From the NCBI GenBank assembly GCA_905214525.1, contig CAJMMN010000006.1, positions 19,051 through 83,050 of the forward strand: a DNA stretch of 64,000 bases, in the 5' to 3' direction. The DNA comes from an uncultured bacterium (GTDB taxonomy: Bacteria; Actinomycetota; Coriobacteriia; Coriobacteriales; Coriobacteriaceae). Shown in pieces: positions 47,199-58,966 of the stretch. Below the pieces are notes generated by a model. It ran no database searches and was not told where the DNA came from. It was given only the letters and a program-made list of their open reading frames with translations. A program made the translations under genes and the position numbers. The first letter of the stretch is position 1. The number at the start of each line of letters is the position of its first letter.

Positions 47199-48575
47199 GT
47201 GGAAACCAAGCAATACCCCGATATGGAGTGCGACGTCGTCATTGCCGGCTGCGGCGTAGCGGGCCTGTACGCGGCGCTCAACCTGCCGACGAGCACGCGC
47301 GTGATCATGCTCTCCAAGGGCGCGGTCGACGAGTGCGATTCGATGCTCGCGCAGGGCGGCATCTGCGTACTGCCCGAGGGCTCGGACTACGATGCCTTCT
47401 TTGAGGACACCATGCACGCCGGCCACTACGAGAATCGCCGCGAGAGCGTCGACATCATGATCCGCTCGAGCCGCTCGGTCATCAATGACCTGCTGGCCAT
47501 GGGCGTGGACTTTGAGCGCAAGGCCGATGGCGGCCTCGACTTTACCCGCGAGGGCGCGCACAGCCGCCCGCGCATTGCCTTCCATGCCGATATTACGGGC
47601 AAGGAGATCACAACCAAGCTGCTCCAGGCCGTTCGCAAGCTGGACAACGTGCAGATTTTGGAGTACGTGGCCATGACCGACATCCTGACGGGCGAGGGTG
47701 GCGGCGCCACGGTGTGCACCGGCGTTATCGCCGTTCCCGTGGACGAGGACAACTCGGTTCGTCCCGCCGACGAGCTGGCAAATGCCGCCGAGGGCGTGCA
47801 TGCCGGCGAGCCGTTTAAGATCCATGCCCGCCACACGCTGTGGGCGACGGGCGGTATCGGCGGCGTATACGACCATTCGACCAACTACCCGCAGCTCACA
47901 GGCGATGCCTGCTACATCGCTCAGGAGCATGGCATTAAGATGGAGCACCTGGACTACGTGCAGATTCACCCCACGGGACTGTTCTCGCCGCAGCCGGGTC
48001 GCACCTTCCTGATCAGCGAGAGCTGCCGCGGCGAGGGCGCGATTTTGCTCAACGCCGCCGGCGAGCGCTTTACCGATGAGCTTCAGCCGCGCGATGTGGT
48101 CGCCGCCGCTATTCGCGAGCAGATGAAGCAGGACGGCACCGAGCACGAGTGGCTGAGCTTTGCCCCCGTCGAGCGCGATGTGGTGACCGGGCACTTTGCC
48201 AACATTCGCGCACGCTGCCTGGAGGACGGCCGCGATATCTTGGACGAGCCCATCCCCGTTACGCCCACACAGCACTACTTTATGGGCGGCGTGTGGGTCG
48301 ACAAGGACGGCCGCACCTCGATGCCCGAGCTCTACGCCGCGGGCGAGACGGCTTGCAACGGCGTTCACGGCAAGAACCGCCTTGCATCAAACAGCCTGCT
48401 CGAGGCGCTGGTCTGGGGTCGTCGCGCCGCGTGGTACATGCGTACCGGCGAGTCGCTGGCCGTGGAGCAGGCGGGCGATCCCGTGCTCGATGGCCGTCAT
48501 CGCGCCCTGAGCGCCGACACCCTGGCAATCGATGATTTGGCCCGTGCCGCCGGCACGCAGGCCGTGGAGGAGTAG
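47199..48575 (+). CDS. nadB: L-aspartate oxidase
   Basis: FAD fold CDVVIAGCGVAGLYAAL and C-terminal NGVHGKNRLASNSLLE. Start is ambiguous. GTG 47199 follows AAGGGAGAGG; in-frame ATGs at 47148 and 47172 are alternatives. Confidence 0.85.
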   Translation: METKQYPDMECDVVIAGCGVAGLYAALNLPTSTRVIMLSKGAVDECDSMLAQGGICVLPEGSDYDAFFEDTMHAGHYENRRESVDIMIRSSRSVINDLLAMGVDFERKADGGLDFTREGAHSRPRIAFHADITGKEITTKLLQAVRKLDNVQILEYVAMTDILTGEGGGATVCTGVIAVPVDEDNSVRPADELANAAEGVHAGEPFKIHARHTLWATGGIGGVYDHSTNYPQLTGDACYIAQEHGIKMEHLDYVQIHPTGLFSPQPGRTFLISESCRGEGAILLNAAGERFTDELQPRDVVAAAIREQMKQDGTEHEWLSFAPVERDVVTGHFANIRARCLEDGRDILDEPIPVTPTQHYFMGGVWVDKDGRTSMPELYAAGETACNGVHGKNRLASNSLLEALVWGRRAAWYMRTGESLAVEQAGDPVLDGRHRALSADTLAIDDLARAAGTQAVEE

Positions 48576-48578
48576 ACC

Positions 48579-49439
48579 ATGAATCCCATTACCATGAAAC
48601 TCGTCGTCGATGATCTGATTCTGCAGGCTCTGCGCGAGGACATTACCTTTGAGGACGTGAGCACGGCGAGCGTGTGCCCCACGGCGCGTCCCGCCACGGT
48701 GGAGCTTATCGCCAAGGCCGATGGCATCATCGCCGGCCTGGATGTGTTCGCTCGCACCTTTGAGCTGCTGGATTCGCAGAGCTCGGTGCTGTTTGATGTT
48801 GCCGACGGTGACGAGGTGCACGCCGGCGACCACGTGGGCCAGGTGCGCGGCGATGCGCGCGTGCTGCTTTCGGGCGAGCGCGTGGCGCTCAACTACCTGC
48901 AGCGCATGAGCGGTATCGCTACCTATACACACAGAATGGCTGCGGTGCTCGAGGGCACCAAGACCGTGCTCGTCGACACGCGCAAGACCACGCCGGGCAT
49001 GCGCGTCTTCGAGAAGGCCGCGGTCGAGATCGGCGGCGGCAGCAACCACCGTTACAACCTGTCGACGGCCGTCATGCTCAAGGACAACCACATCGACGCC
49101 GCCGGCGGCGTGATGCGTGCGATCGAGATGGCGCGCGCCCATGCATCGTTTACCACGACGGTCGAGATCGAGTGCGAGAACCTGGACATGGTGCGCGAGG
49201 CCGTGGAAGCCGGCGCCGACATCATCATGTTCGACAACATGACCCACGACGACATGGCTGCCGCGATTGAGCTTATCGATGGCCGCGCCAAGACCGAGTG
49301 CTCGGGCAACGTGGACGCCAGCAACATTCGCGCCCTGGCCGATCTGGGTGTCGACTATATTAGCTCGGGCGCCCTGACGCACTCTGCGCCGATCCTCGAC
49401 CTCTCGCTTAAGCACCTGCGTCTGCTGGACGGTAAATAA
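48579..49439 (+). CDS. nadC: Nicotinate-nucleotide pyrophosphorylase (carboxylating)
   Basis: DTRKTTPGMR, MLKDNHI and IECENL motifs. Confidence 0.9.
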   Translation: MNPITMKLVVDDLILQALREDITFEDVSTASVCPTARPATVELIAKADGIIAGLDVFARTFELLDSQSSVLFDVADGDEVHAGDHVGQVRGDARVLLSGERVALNYLQRMSGIATYTHRMAAVLEGTKTVLVDTRKTTPGMRVFEKAAVEIGGGSNHRYNLSTAVMLKDNHIDAAGGVMRAIEMARAHASFTTTVEIECENLDMVREAVEAGADIIMFDNMTHDDMAAAIELIDGRAKTECSGNVDASNIRALADLGVDYISSGALTHSAPILDLSLKHLRLLDGK

Positions 49440-49984
49440 TGAACGCCCGCGAGCGTCGCCGTGCCATCATGGGCGTGCTCGAAGGAGCCAAGGAGCCCGT
49501 TTCGGGCAGCGCACTTGCCCGCGAGGTTGGCGTGAGCCGTCAGGTCGTGGTTCAGGATATTGCCCTGTTGCGTGCCGATGGGCACGATATCGTGGCGACC
49601 AACCGCGGCTACGTGCTGCAGGAGGCCCCCAGCAGCCCCGCCGTGCCCACGCGCTTGGTCAAGGTTCGCCACAGCGTGGAGCAGGCAGGCGATGAGCTCA
49701 CGAGTATCGTCGACGCCGGTGGCGCCGTGCTCAACGTGATCGTCAATCACCGCGTGTACGGCAAGATCACGGCCGACCTGGACATCCGCAACCGCCGCGA
49801 TGTCGAGCGCTACCTAGAGGGCATCGCCAGCGGCAAGAGCTTCCCGCTGCTGACGGTGACGAGCGGCTACCACTTCCATCGCATCGCGGCGGAAGACGAG
49901 CAGACCCTCGACGAGATCGAGGCCATGCTCAAGGAGAAAGGCTACCTTGCCGATTTAATGCCCTACGAGGATGATTTGTCCTAA
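49439..49984 (+). CDS. niaR: NAD-biosynthesis repressor NiaR (HTH + 3H domain)
   Basis: RRRAIMGVLEGAKEPVSGSALAREVGVSRQVVVQDIALLRADG. TAATG overlap with nadC. Confidence 0.85.
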   Translation: MNARERRRAIMGVLEGAKEPVSGSALAREVGVSRQVVVQDIALLRADGHDIVATNRGYVLQEAPSSPAVPTRLVKVRHSVEQAGDELTSIVDAGGAVLNVIVNHRVYGKITADLDIRNRRDVERYLEGIASGKSFPLLTVTSGYHFHRIAAEDEQTLDEIEAMLKEKGYLADLMPYEDDLS

Positions 49985-50003
49985 CCCGATACTGTCTTTA
50001 TAA

Positions 50004-50068
50004 GTTGCGGTGAAATAGTTCCTACAATCGGCACCTAAGCAATGAGCCAGGAACTATTCCACCGCAAC
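50004..50068. repeat. 20-bp inverted repeat (GTTGCGGTGAAATAGTTCCT / AGGAACTATTCCACCGCAAC, 25-nt loop)
   Basis: 19 of 20 positions complementary. Lies between convergent niaR and the ferredoxin gene, upstream of the bidirectional terminator. Confidence 0.8.
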
Positions 50069-50109
50069 TGCCAAGGTAGCCCCGTCCCCAATTAGCTGCC
50101 TGTACAAAC

Positions 50110-50149
50110 AAAAGGAGGCCTCCGCGGCGATGCGGAAGCCTCCTTTTTT
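50110..50149. terminator. Bidirectional intrinsic terminator (niaR / ferredoxin)
   Basis: AAAA-GGAGGCCTCCGC-loop-GCGGAAGCCTCC-TTTTTT. Confidence 0.8.
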
Positions 50150-50188
50150 GTGCACGGTGTACTTTTGAGTGTGCAAGTGGGGGAGTTG

Positions 50189-50374
50189 TTACTCCTCGAC
50201 GATCTCGGTGATCGCGCCAGCGGGGCAAGCGTCCTGGCAAGCGCCACAGGCGACGCAGGAGTCCTCGTCGGCGACGGTAGCGACGTCCTGGAGCTCCAGA
50301 ACGCCAGCGGGGCAGGAGTCGACGCAAACGCCACAAGCGATGCACTCGTCGGCATCAATTACGGGATGAGCCAT
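50189..50374 (-). CDS. 2x[4Fe-4S] ferredoxin (61 aa)
   Basis: CIACGVCVDSCP and CVACGACQDACP. Start ATG 50374 follows GAGAGGAAA. Confidence 0.8.
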   Translation of the reverse strand: MAHPVIDADECIACGVCVDSCPAGVLELQDVATVADEDSCVACGACQDACPAGAITEIVEE

Positions 50375-50596
50375 GGTAGTTTCCTCTCTGTTGACCGACG
50401 CTACAGGCGATGCGCGTCGGTTTGATTCGGGCAAAAACATACCACGGGAGCGACCGTTTGCAATACCCTCTGGCCGGCATCTTCATACCGTTCGCCGAGT
50501 ATGCCAAGGTTTACTAAAAAACGCGCAGGTGGGGCCGTTGAGCTGCGCAAATGTTAGCTATAGGTGACTTGTAATATTGACCTATTGAGCGCGCCT

Positions 50597-50770
50597 GCGG
50601 AAAGGGCATCCCGTTATTTGGCCGAAAACCGGGTCGCAGTTTCCGGTTGGGCCCGCTAGCGGAAACTGCGTCCCGGAATCGGTGCTCAAACTGGGATGTA
50701 GCTTCCGGTTGAGCCTTCAAGAGGAAACCGCATCCCAGAATCCACGCTCAAACCGGGACGAGCTTTCCGC
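50597..50770 (+). repeat. Family D: three tandem 62-nt hairpin units, second locus
   Basis: Units start at 50597, 50659 and 50721. Same orientation and same unit order as the 27594 array. Confidence 0.85.
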
Positions 50771-50895
50771 AAGGCAGCCCCAGGCGCCCCCGGACGCAAA
50801 CCTCAGTCAACTCTACATAGATCTCAATAGATCTGCCGAGAACTAAAACAGTGCATCTACCTGCGCATTTGAGAACCTAAACTCTCGGCAATAAG

Positions 50896-50922
50896 AAATC
50901 TTATATGAATTGACTTAGATTT
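50896..50922 (+). promoter_or_regulatory. Candidate HspR operator/promoter element upstream of dnaK (AAATCTTATAT-N5-GACTTAGATTT)
   Basis: Both 11-mers and the spacing are identical at 60043-60069, upstream of clpB. Confidence 0.55.
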
Positions 50923-51031
50923 TGTATATTCCGGCCCATAAGGGGATACACTACATCCTGAAAGACAAGCCGAAGCGCCGCGCGACAGACCGTCGAGGCG
51001 ACGCGAACGCACAAGAGAGAGGGAATTTCTA

Positions 51032-52924
<1,893 letters not shown>

Positions 52925-52926
52925 TC

Positions 52927-53769
52927 ATGTCCGCCCGTAAAGCTCGCACGGAGGCGGCCGCCGCTGGCGCCGCCCCCGTTGACTCTGAGGAGAAGGACGT
53001 GAAGATTCCCGTAGAGGCCGTTGACGATACCGAGGCCAACGAGGCCCCGGCCGCCGAGGCTGCCGAGAACCAGGTAGAGGATTCCAACAAGGAGGCGACG
53101 ATGACCGAGGACGAGATGGTGGAAGCCGCTATCCGCGCCGGTGAAGAAGCCGCCGACAACGACTTTAAGCTCAAGTTCGAGCAGGCTCAGAAAGAGCTTG
53201 CCGACGTGCGCAATGAGCTCGATGCTGCGGCAGAGGCTCAGAAGGCCGCCGAGGACAAGGCGAAGGACGCCACCGAGCGCACCGCCCGTCTGCAGGCCGA
53301 CTGGGAGAACTTCCGTCGCCGCACCGCCAACGAGCGCATCGCCGAGCGCGAGCGCGCGACCGAGAAGCTCGTTACTGCGTTGCTGCCGGTGGTTGACGAT
53401 ATCGAGCGTGCGATCGACCATGCCCGTAGCCAGGAACTTGCCGACGACTTTAAGCAGTTCGTCGACGGCGTCGACGCGGTGCATGCCAAGCTGCTCGATG
53501 TGTTTGCTCACGAGGGCGTTGAGCCCATCGACCCCAAGGGCGAGGCGTTCGATCCGCTCGAGCACCAGGCCGTGGGGCGTGTCGAGGACGCATCGCAGTA
53601 CGACGAGACCGTCAACGACGTGTACCAGAAGGGCTACCGCATGGCGGACCGCATCCTGCGTTCCGCGATGGTGACGGTGACCTACGGTGGCGAGAAGCGC
53701 CCCGCACCGGAGCCCGAAGCGGCGCCCGAGGATGCCGCGGCCGATACGGCCGAGAGCACCGAGGAGTAA
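52927..53769 (+). CDS. grpE: Nucleotide exchange factor GrpE (long acidic N-terminal extension)
   Basis: RLQADWENFRRR..LPVVDDIERA core. Immediately follows dnaK. Confidence 0.9.
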   Translation: MSARKARTEAAAAGAAPVDSEEKDVKIPVEAVDDTEANEAPAAEAAENQVEDSNKEATMTEDEMVEAAIRAGEEAADNDFKLKFEQAQKELADVRNELDAAAEAQKAAEDKAKDATERTARLQADWENFRRRTANERIAERERATEKLVTALLPVVDDIERAIDHARSQELADDFKQFVDGVDAVHAKLLDVFAHEGVEPIDPKGEAFDPLEHQAVGRVEDASQYDETVNDVYQKGYRMADRILRSAMVTVTYGGEKRPAPEPEAAPEDAAADTAESTEE

Positions 53770-53876
53770 TTGAGAAGGGCCCCGGGGCAACACCCGGGGC
53801 CCTTTCTGGCCTAGTGCCATATGAAAGCATGAGCCGCCGTCCGCTGGACGGCGGATGAAACAGGAGAGGAGCTACG

Positions 53877-54842
53877 ATGGCTGCAGGCAAAACCTTCTAT
53901 GACATCCTGGGCGTATCCAAGAGCGCCTCCGACAAAGAGATCAAGAGCGCGTTTCGCAAGCTCGCGCAAAAATATCACCCCGATGCCGGCGGTGACGAGG
54001 CCAAGTTTAAGGAGATCAGCGAGGCCTACGAGACGCTTTCGGACGAGAAGAAGCGCAAAGAGTACGACCAGATGCTCATGTTCGGCGGCATGCCGGGCGC
54101 AGGCGGCGCGTATGGCGGCGGCTACGGTGCCGGCGCGGGCGCCAGCGGCTGGGGTGACATCTTCGACAGCATCTTTAGCGGCAACGGCGCTTGGGGCAGC
54201 GATTGGGGCTCGGGCTTTGCCGGGGCTGCGGGTGCTGCCGGTGCCGGCGCGGGTCGCAGCCGCGCGCGCAAGGGCGGCGACCTGTCGCTGACCGTCGACG
54301 TAACGGCCGAGGACGCGTTTCGCGGCGTGACGCACAAGGTCACCTACCGCATCCCCTCGACGGGCGAGCAGCAGACCATCACGGTCTCGGTGCCTGCGGG
54401 CGCGGTCGACGGCGGCAAGCTGCGCTACAAGCGCCGTGGCGAGTACGGCGTTGCCGGCGGCGAGCGCGGCGACCTGGTCGTGACCACGCACGTGGAGGAG
54501 CATCCGCTGTTTAAGCGCAAGGGCGCCGATGTGACCATGGAGGTGCCGATCTCGGTCTACGAGGCGGCGCTCGGCTGCACGGTGGATGTGCCCACGCCCG
54601 GCGGCGCGACGGTTCGTCTGAAGGTGCCCGCTGGCACCCAGACGGGCAAGAAGTTCCGCTTTAAGGAGATGGGTGCGCCCGACGTTAAGCATCGCGGCCG
54701 CACGGGTGCGCTGCTCGTCGAGATCAAGGTGCAGGTCCCCACGAACCTGTCCGACGACGAGCGCGATGCCATGACTAAGTTGCGCGAGGCCGACACGCGC
54801 GACTATCGCGAGAAGGTCAACCGTTACAAGGCGACGTACTAG
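53877..54842 (+). CDS. dnaJ: J-domain co-chaperone, class II (CbpA-like; no CxxCxGxG zinc-finger domain)
   Basis: J-domain YHPD, G-rich linker and C-terminal substrate-binding domains. No Cys-rich repeats are present. Confidence 0.85.
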   Translation: MAAGKTFYDILGVSKSASDKEIKSAFRKLAQKYHPDAGGDEAKFKEISEAYETLSDEKKRKEYDQMLMFGGMPGAGGAYGGGYGAGAGASGWGDIFDSIFSGNGAWGSDWGSGFAGAAGAAGAGAGRSRARKGGDLSLTVDVTAEDAFRGVTHKVTYRIPSTGEQQTITVSVPAGAVDGGKLRYKRRGEYGVAGGERGDLVVTTHVEEHPLFKRKGADVTMEVPISVYEAALGCTVDVPTPGGATVRLKVPAGTQTGKKFRFKEMGAPDVKHRGRTGALLVEIKVQVPTNLSDDERDAMTKLREADTRDYREKVNRYKATY

Positions 54843-54914
54843 GAAGGTCGCGGCGCGCGCCCGCGCCCGCGGGCTTATGATGGACGATAACGAGACGGAA
54901 AGGGGTCAGGTAGC

Positions 54915-55331
54915 ATGGCCGAGGACAATAGGAACAAACCGCTGTACATGATCAGCGTGGCGGCCGAGTTGACCGGCATGCATCCGCAGACTCTGCGCGT
55001 CTACGAGTCTAAGGGCCTGGTGAACCCCCAGCGCTCGGGCGGTAACACGCGCCTGTATTCGCGTGCCGATATCGAGCGTCTGGAGCTCATCAACCAGCTG
55101 ACTGACGAGGGTATCAACCTTGCCGGCGTGGTGCGCATTCTCGATATGAAGGAGCGTGCCGAGGAGCGCGAGCGCGAGAACGAGAAGCTCCGCGCTCGCG
55201 TGCGCCAGCTCGAGGATGAGCTGCACGAGTACAAGATGCAGAAGAAGATCACCGCCCTGGCCCCGCGCGATGGCTCGGTTAACCCCGAGCAAGTCATGCG
55301 CAAGCTACTGGGCGCCGGCGGAGATCTCTAG
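54915..55331 (+). CDS. hspR: MerR-family heat-shock repressor HspR
   Basis: YMISVAAELTGMHPQTLRVYESKGLVNPQRSGGNTRLYS. Last gene of the dnaK operon, as in other Actinobacteria. Confidence 0.85.
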   Translation: MAEDNRNKPLYMISVAAELTGMHPQTLRVYESKGLVNPQRSGGNTRLYSRADIERLELINQLTDEGINLAGVVRILDMKERAEERERENEKLRARVRQLEDELHEYKMQKKITALAPRDGSVNPEQVMRKLLGAGGDL

Positions 55332-55549
55332 GTTCCGCCGTTCTGACGAACGGCGGACCAGTTGACGCTGCGCGCCGTCCAGAGCGACAATTTGTCATTC
55401 AAAGGGCAAGGCATGACCAGAAGGTCTATGCCTTGCCTTTTTCATGCCAACTTGTTCGCTCTGGACGGCGCTCGCTGTCCGTCCTCTGCCTGCGGCGTTG
55501 CCTTGCTCCGGATGCGGTAGGGTAGTCATTGGGGACGTTCTTAAATGAC
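55332..55549 (+). repeat. Family C structured element, copy 3
   Basis: Starts immediately after the hspR TAG stop. It is the best base-paired copy. Confidence 0.85.
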
Positions 55550-55724
55550 TAGTCGAAAGGGACGCTCTTGCACAAAATCTTCCGGCCCTCGACCGGCACG
55601 TCCTTTACTTTACCTAGATAAAGTGAACGTGCAGATTCGTAACCCACTCGCAACCGTTCTATGGCACGATATTGAACGAATGTATGCTATGCGCCCAAAT
55701 CTTTTGGGCAGAGTGGGAGACAGT

Positions 55725-58025
55725 ATGGTCAAGCTGTACGAGGACGGCATCTACCTGCGCGGCGGCAGCGAGGTTGTGCCTGCGGCCGAGGCTGCCGAGC
55801 GCGGTATTACGCAGACACCCGAGGATGCCAAGCGCGGCACCATCGCGTATTCGATCCTCCAGGCACACAATACGTCGGGCGACCCCGAGGCACTCAAGAT
55901 TCGCTTCGATGCCATGGCGAGCCACGACATCACCTTTGTCGGCATCATCCAGACGGCGCGCGCTTCGGGCATGGAGCAGTTCCCGCTGCCTTACGTGCTC
56001 ACCAACTGCCATAACTCGCTGTGCGCCGTGGGCGGCACCATCAATGAGGACGACCACGTCTTTGGCCTTTCCGCAGCCAAGAAGTACGGCGGCATCTTCG
56101 TTCCGCCGCACATCGCCGTCATCCACTCCTTTATGCGCGAGAACTTCGCCGGTTGCGGCAAGATGATCCTGGGTTCCGACTCGCACACCCGCTATGGTGC
56201 CCTGGGTACCATAGCCGTGGGCGAGGGCGGCGGCGAGTTGGCAAAGCAGCTGCTGCGCGACACCTACGATGTCGCCTATCCCGGCGTCGTGGCCATCTAC
56301 CTCACGGGCGCCCCGCGCCCCGGCGTCGGCCCGCACGACGTGGCGCTCGCCATCATTCGCGCCGTCTTTGCCAAGGGCTACGTCAAGAACAATGTCATGG
56401 AGTTTGTGGGCCCGGGCATCGCGAGCATGACGACCGACTACCGCAACGGCGTTGACGTCATGACCACCGAGACCACCTGCCTGTCGAGCATCTGGGCCAC
56501 CGACGAGGACACGCACGCGTTTTTGACCATGCACGGCCGCGGCGACGACTATCGCGAGCTCAAGCCCGCCGATGTCGCCTACTACGACGGTTGCGTCGAG
56601 GTCGACCTGTCGAGCATCAAGCCCATGATCGCACTGCCGTTCCATCCTTCCAACGGCTTTGAGATCGACGAGCTCAACGAGAACCTCGAGGACATCCTGC
56701 ACGAGGTGGAGCTCGAGGCCGCCAAGATCGGCGAGGGCAAGACGCACTTTAGCCTGCTCGACAAGATCGTCGACGGCAAGCTGCACGTGCAGCAGGGCGT
56801 TATCGCCGGCTGCTCGGGCGGCAACTATGACTCCGTGGTCCAGGCTGCCCGCGTGCTCAAGGGCGCCAATACCGGCTGCGGCGAGTTCTCGCTGTCGGTC
56901 TATCCCACGAGCCAGCCCGTGGCGCTCGAACTTACACGCCGCGGCTACATCTACGACCTCATGGAGGCCGGCGCAATCGTGCGCACGGCATTCTGCGGCC
57001 CGTGCTTCGGCGCCGGCGACACGCCCGCCAACAACGGCCTTTCGATCCGTCACACCACGCGCAACTTCCCCAACCGCGAGGGTTCCAAGCCGGGTAATGG
57101 CCAGCTGAGCGCCGTGGCCCTGATGGACGCCCGCTCCATTGCGGCAACGGCTGCCAACGGCGGCGTCCTGACGCCGGCGACCGACCTGCCCGAGGACACT
57201 TGGGACGAGGCCTGCGAGTACACCTTTGACGACGCGCCGTACAAGAAGCGCGTGTACTGGGGCTTTGGCAAGGCGGAGCCTGCCGACGAGCTGGTCGAAG
57301 GCCCCAACATCAAGCCGTGGCCCGCGATGGAGCCGCTCGGCGACGACATCCTGCTCAAGGTTTGCTCCAAGATCATGGACCCGGTCACCACGACCGACGA
57401 GCTCATTCCCTCGGGCGAGACGAGCTCCTTCCGCTCCAACCCGCTGGGCCTGGCTGAGTTTACGCTGAGCCGCCGCGACCCGGCCTACGTGGGTCGCTCC
57501 AAGGAGGTCGACGCTGTGGAGAAGCGTCGCGTTGCCGGCGAGTCCGCGGGCGACCTGGCGGCGTTCGATGCCGAGCTTGCCGGTGTGTTTGAGGCGCTGG
57601 CCGGCGCGGGTGTCGCGGCCGATGCCAAGGCGACCGAGTTCGGTTCCATGATTTACGCCAAGAAGCCTGGCGACGGCAGCGCCCGCGAGCAGGCCGCGAG
57701 CTGCCAGCGCGTAATTGGCGGCCTGGCCAACATCGTCCACGAGTACGCCACCAAGCGCTATCGCTCCAACGTGATGAACTGGGGCATGGTGCCCTTCCAG
57801 ATGGAGGCCGAGCCCAACTTTGAGGTGGGCGATTACGTCTTTGTGCCGGGTATCCGTGCCGCGCTCGATGGCGACCTGAAGGACATCGCCGCCTACGTGG
57901 TGCGCGCCGATGGTGCGGTCGATCAGATTGAGCTCTACATTGCCGATATGACGGCAGAGGAGCGTGCCATCGTCAAGGCCGGCTGCCTGATCAACTACAA
58001 CAAGTTCAAGGCCGCTGCCGAGTAG
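55725..58025 (+). CDS. Aconitase-family Fe-S hydro-lyase (aconitate hydratase-like, 766 aa)
   Basis: [24 protein letters not shown] and FCGPCFG cluster-ligand regions. RBS GGGAGA precedes ATG 55725. Confidence 0.8.
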   Translation: MVKLYEDGIYLRGGSEVVPAAEAAERGITQTPEDAKRGTIAYSILQAHNTSGDPEALKIRFDAMASHDITFVGIIQTARASGMEQFPLPYVLTNCHNSLCAVGGTINEDDHVFGLSAAKKYGGIFVPPHIAVIHSFMRENFAGCGKMILGSDSHTRYGALGTIAVGEGGGELAKQLLRDTYDVAYPGVVAIYLTGAPRPGVGPHDVALAIIRAVFAKGYVKNNVMEFVGPGIASMTTDYRNGVDVMTTETTCLSSIWATDEDTHAFLTMHGRGDDYRELKPADVAYYDGCVEVDLSSIKPMIALPFHPSNGFEIDELNENLEDILHEVELEAAKIGEGKTHFSLLDKIVDGKLHVQQGVIAGCSGGNYDSVVQAARVLKGANTGCGEFSLSVYPTSQPVALELTRRGYIYDLMEAGAIVRTAFCGPCFGAGDTPANNGLSIRHTTRNFPNREGSKPGNGQLSAVALMDARSIAATAANGGVLTPATDLPEDTWDEACEYTFDDAPYKKRVYWGFGKAEPADELVEGPNIKPWPAMEPLGDDILLKVCSKIMDPVTTTDELIPSGETSSFRSNPLGLAEFTLSRRDPAYVGRSKEVDAVEKRRVAGESAGDLAAFDAELAGVFEALAGAGVAADAKATEFGSMIYAKKPGDGSAREQAASCQRVIGGLANIVHEYATKRYRSNVMNWGMVPFQMEAEPNFEVGDYVFVPGIRAALDGDLKDIAAYVVRADGAVDQIELYIADMTAEERAIVKAGCLINYNKFKAAAE

Positions 58026-58040
58026 CGCACTTAATTGTCC

Positions 58041-58114
58041 GCCCGGGGCTTACCCTTTCCCGCCCGCTCACGCGCTTCGCGAGGGCCGCGTTCGGGAAAG
58101 GGTAAGCCCCGGGC
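58041..58114. repeat. Perfect 22-bp inverted repeat (GCCCGGGGCTTACCCTTTCCCG, 30-nt loop) just after the aconitase stop
   Basis: Arms at 58041-58062 and 58093-58114. Followed by a second hairpin plus T-run at about 58172-58200. Confidence 0.85.
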
Positions 58115-58210
58115 TACATTTCTGCGTTCTCGTTGGGTCTTGAGGGACGCTAATAAATAGACTTGCTTGATGCCGCCTCTGTTATCGGGGCGGCTTCTTT
58201 TTGTTGAAAA

Positions 58211-58243
58211 CCACCACAAAGGGGGCAGGCACCTTTGTGGTGG
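58211..58243. repeat. Family E palindrome (CCACCACAAAGG-N9-CCTTTGTGGTGG); likely terminator of the minus-strand orphan gene
   Basis: Perfect 12-bp arms. An A-run lies on the plus-strand 5' side, which is a T-run after the hairpin on the minus strand. Confidence 0.85.
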
Positions 58244-58297
58244 TGGGGACGAGCTCGATGCTGTTGTGATCGTTGAGCGGCATGTTAATGGGCGGCT

Positions 58298-58966
58298 CTA
58301 CAGAATTTCATCTGGGCTGGCGGGTTTGGTTGTTTTGGGGATGCCGAGTTTGGATGACGCGAAATCGTCAACATTGTCCTTAATTCCGTCTTTGGTGTAG
58401 ACAGTGACCATATAGGTGCTGTGTCCGAATTCGCCCTTGTCGCGTGTTGCCCAGGCATCCCAGTAGGCGGCCCCGTTTCGCCCTTTGATTTTTCCGACAC
58501 GGCGGAGTTCTGTTCGCTTTAATTTCTGGTTGCTATAGATGGTTCGACCGGCCTCCTCGGTGAGCCCGCACTGTCCAAGCATCTTGTCGAGGACTTGGTT
58601 CATGTGGCGCTCATCGGTGTTTGGTGCGTAGTCGTAGGCGAGGGTGATGAAGTCGAGTGGCTGGTCGTCGATTAGATAGTTTAGCGTCTGAGGTCCAAGG
58701 CAGAAATAGGGGGAGCATCCGTCGATCTGACCGAGCAGTGGCAACTTTGACTGCCAACTTCCGGTGGGAATTCCATCTTCGTAAAACACGCCGCGACAGA
58801 TAAAGGAGAGCGAGGTGGCACGCGAGCCGGCGTCGACCATTCCGCATAAATCGAAGGGCGAGGTGATACCAAGGGAAAAGGGCGTGATGACGATAAGGAA
58901 GAGCATCACGATGGGTATGGCGAGAATGGCGATGACGTTGCGACCGGTGGAATGAGGCGGCTTCAT
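58298..58966 (-). CDS. Hypothetical membrane-anchored, Cys-containing extracytoplasmic protein
   Basis: GAGGAG lies 5 nt upstream of ATG 58966. One N-terminal TM helix (VIAILAIPIVMLFLIVI). No family recognised. Local GC is lower than the surroundings. Confidence 0.5.
   Translation of the reverse strand: MKPPHSTGRNVIAILAIPIVMLFLIVITPFSLGITSPFDLCGMVDAGSRATSLSFICRGVFYEDGIPTGSWQSKLPLLGQIDGCSPYFCLGPQTLNYLIDDQPLDFITLAYDYAPNTDERHMNQVLDKMLGQCGLTEEAGRTIYSNQKLKRTELRRVGKIKGRNGAAYWDAWATRDKGEFGHSTYMVTVYTKDGIKDNVDDFASSKLGIPKTTKPASPDEIL

Noticed and set aside
50896-50930. Canonical HAIR (CTTGAGT-N7-ACTCAAG) upstream of dnaK and clpB
   Set aside because: I looked for it, and it is not present in either upstream region. 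Only the alternative shared motif reported in the findings is seen.
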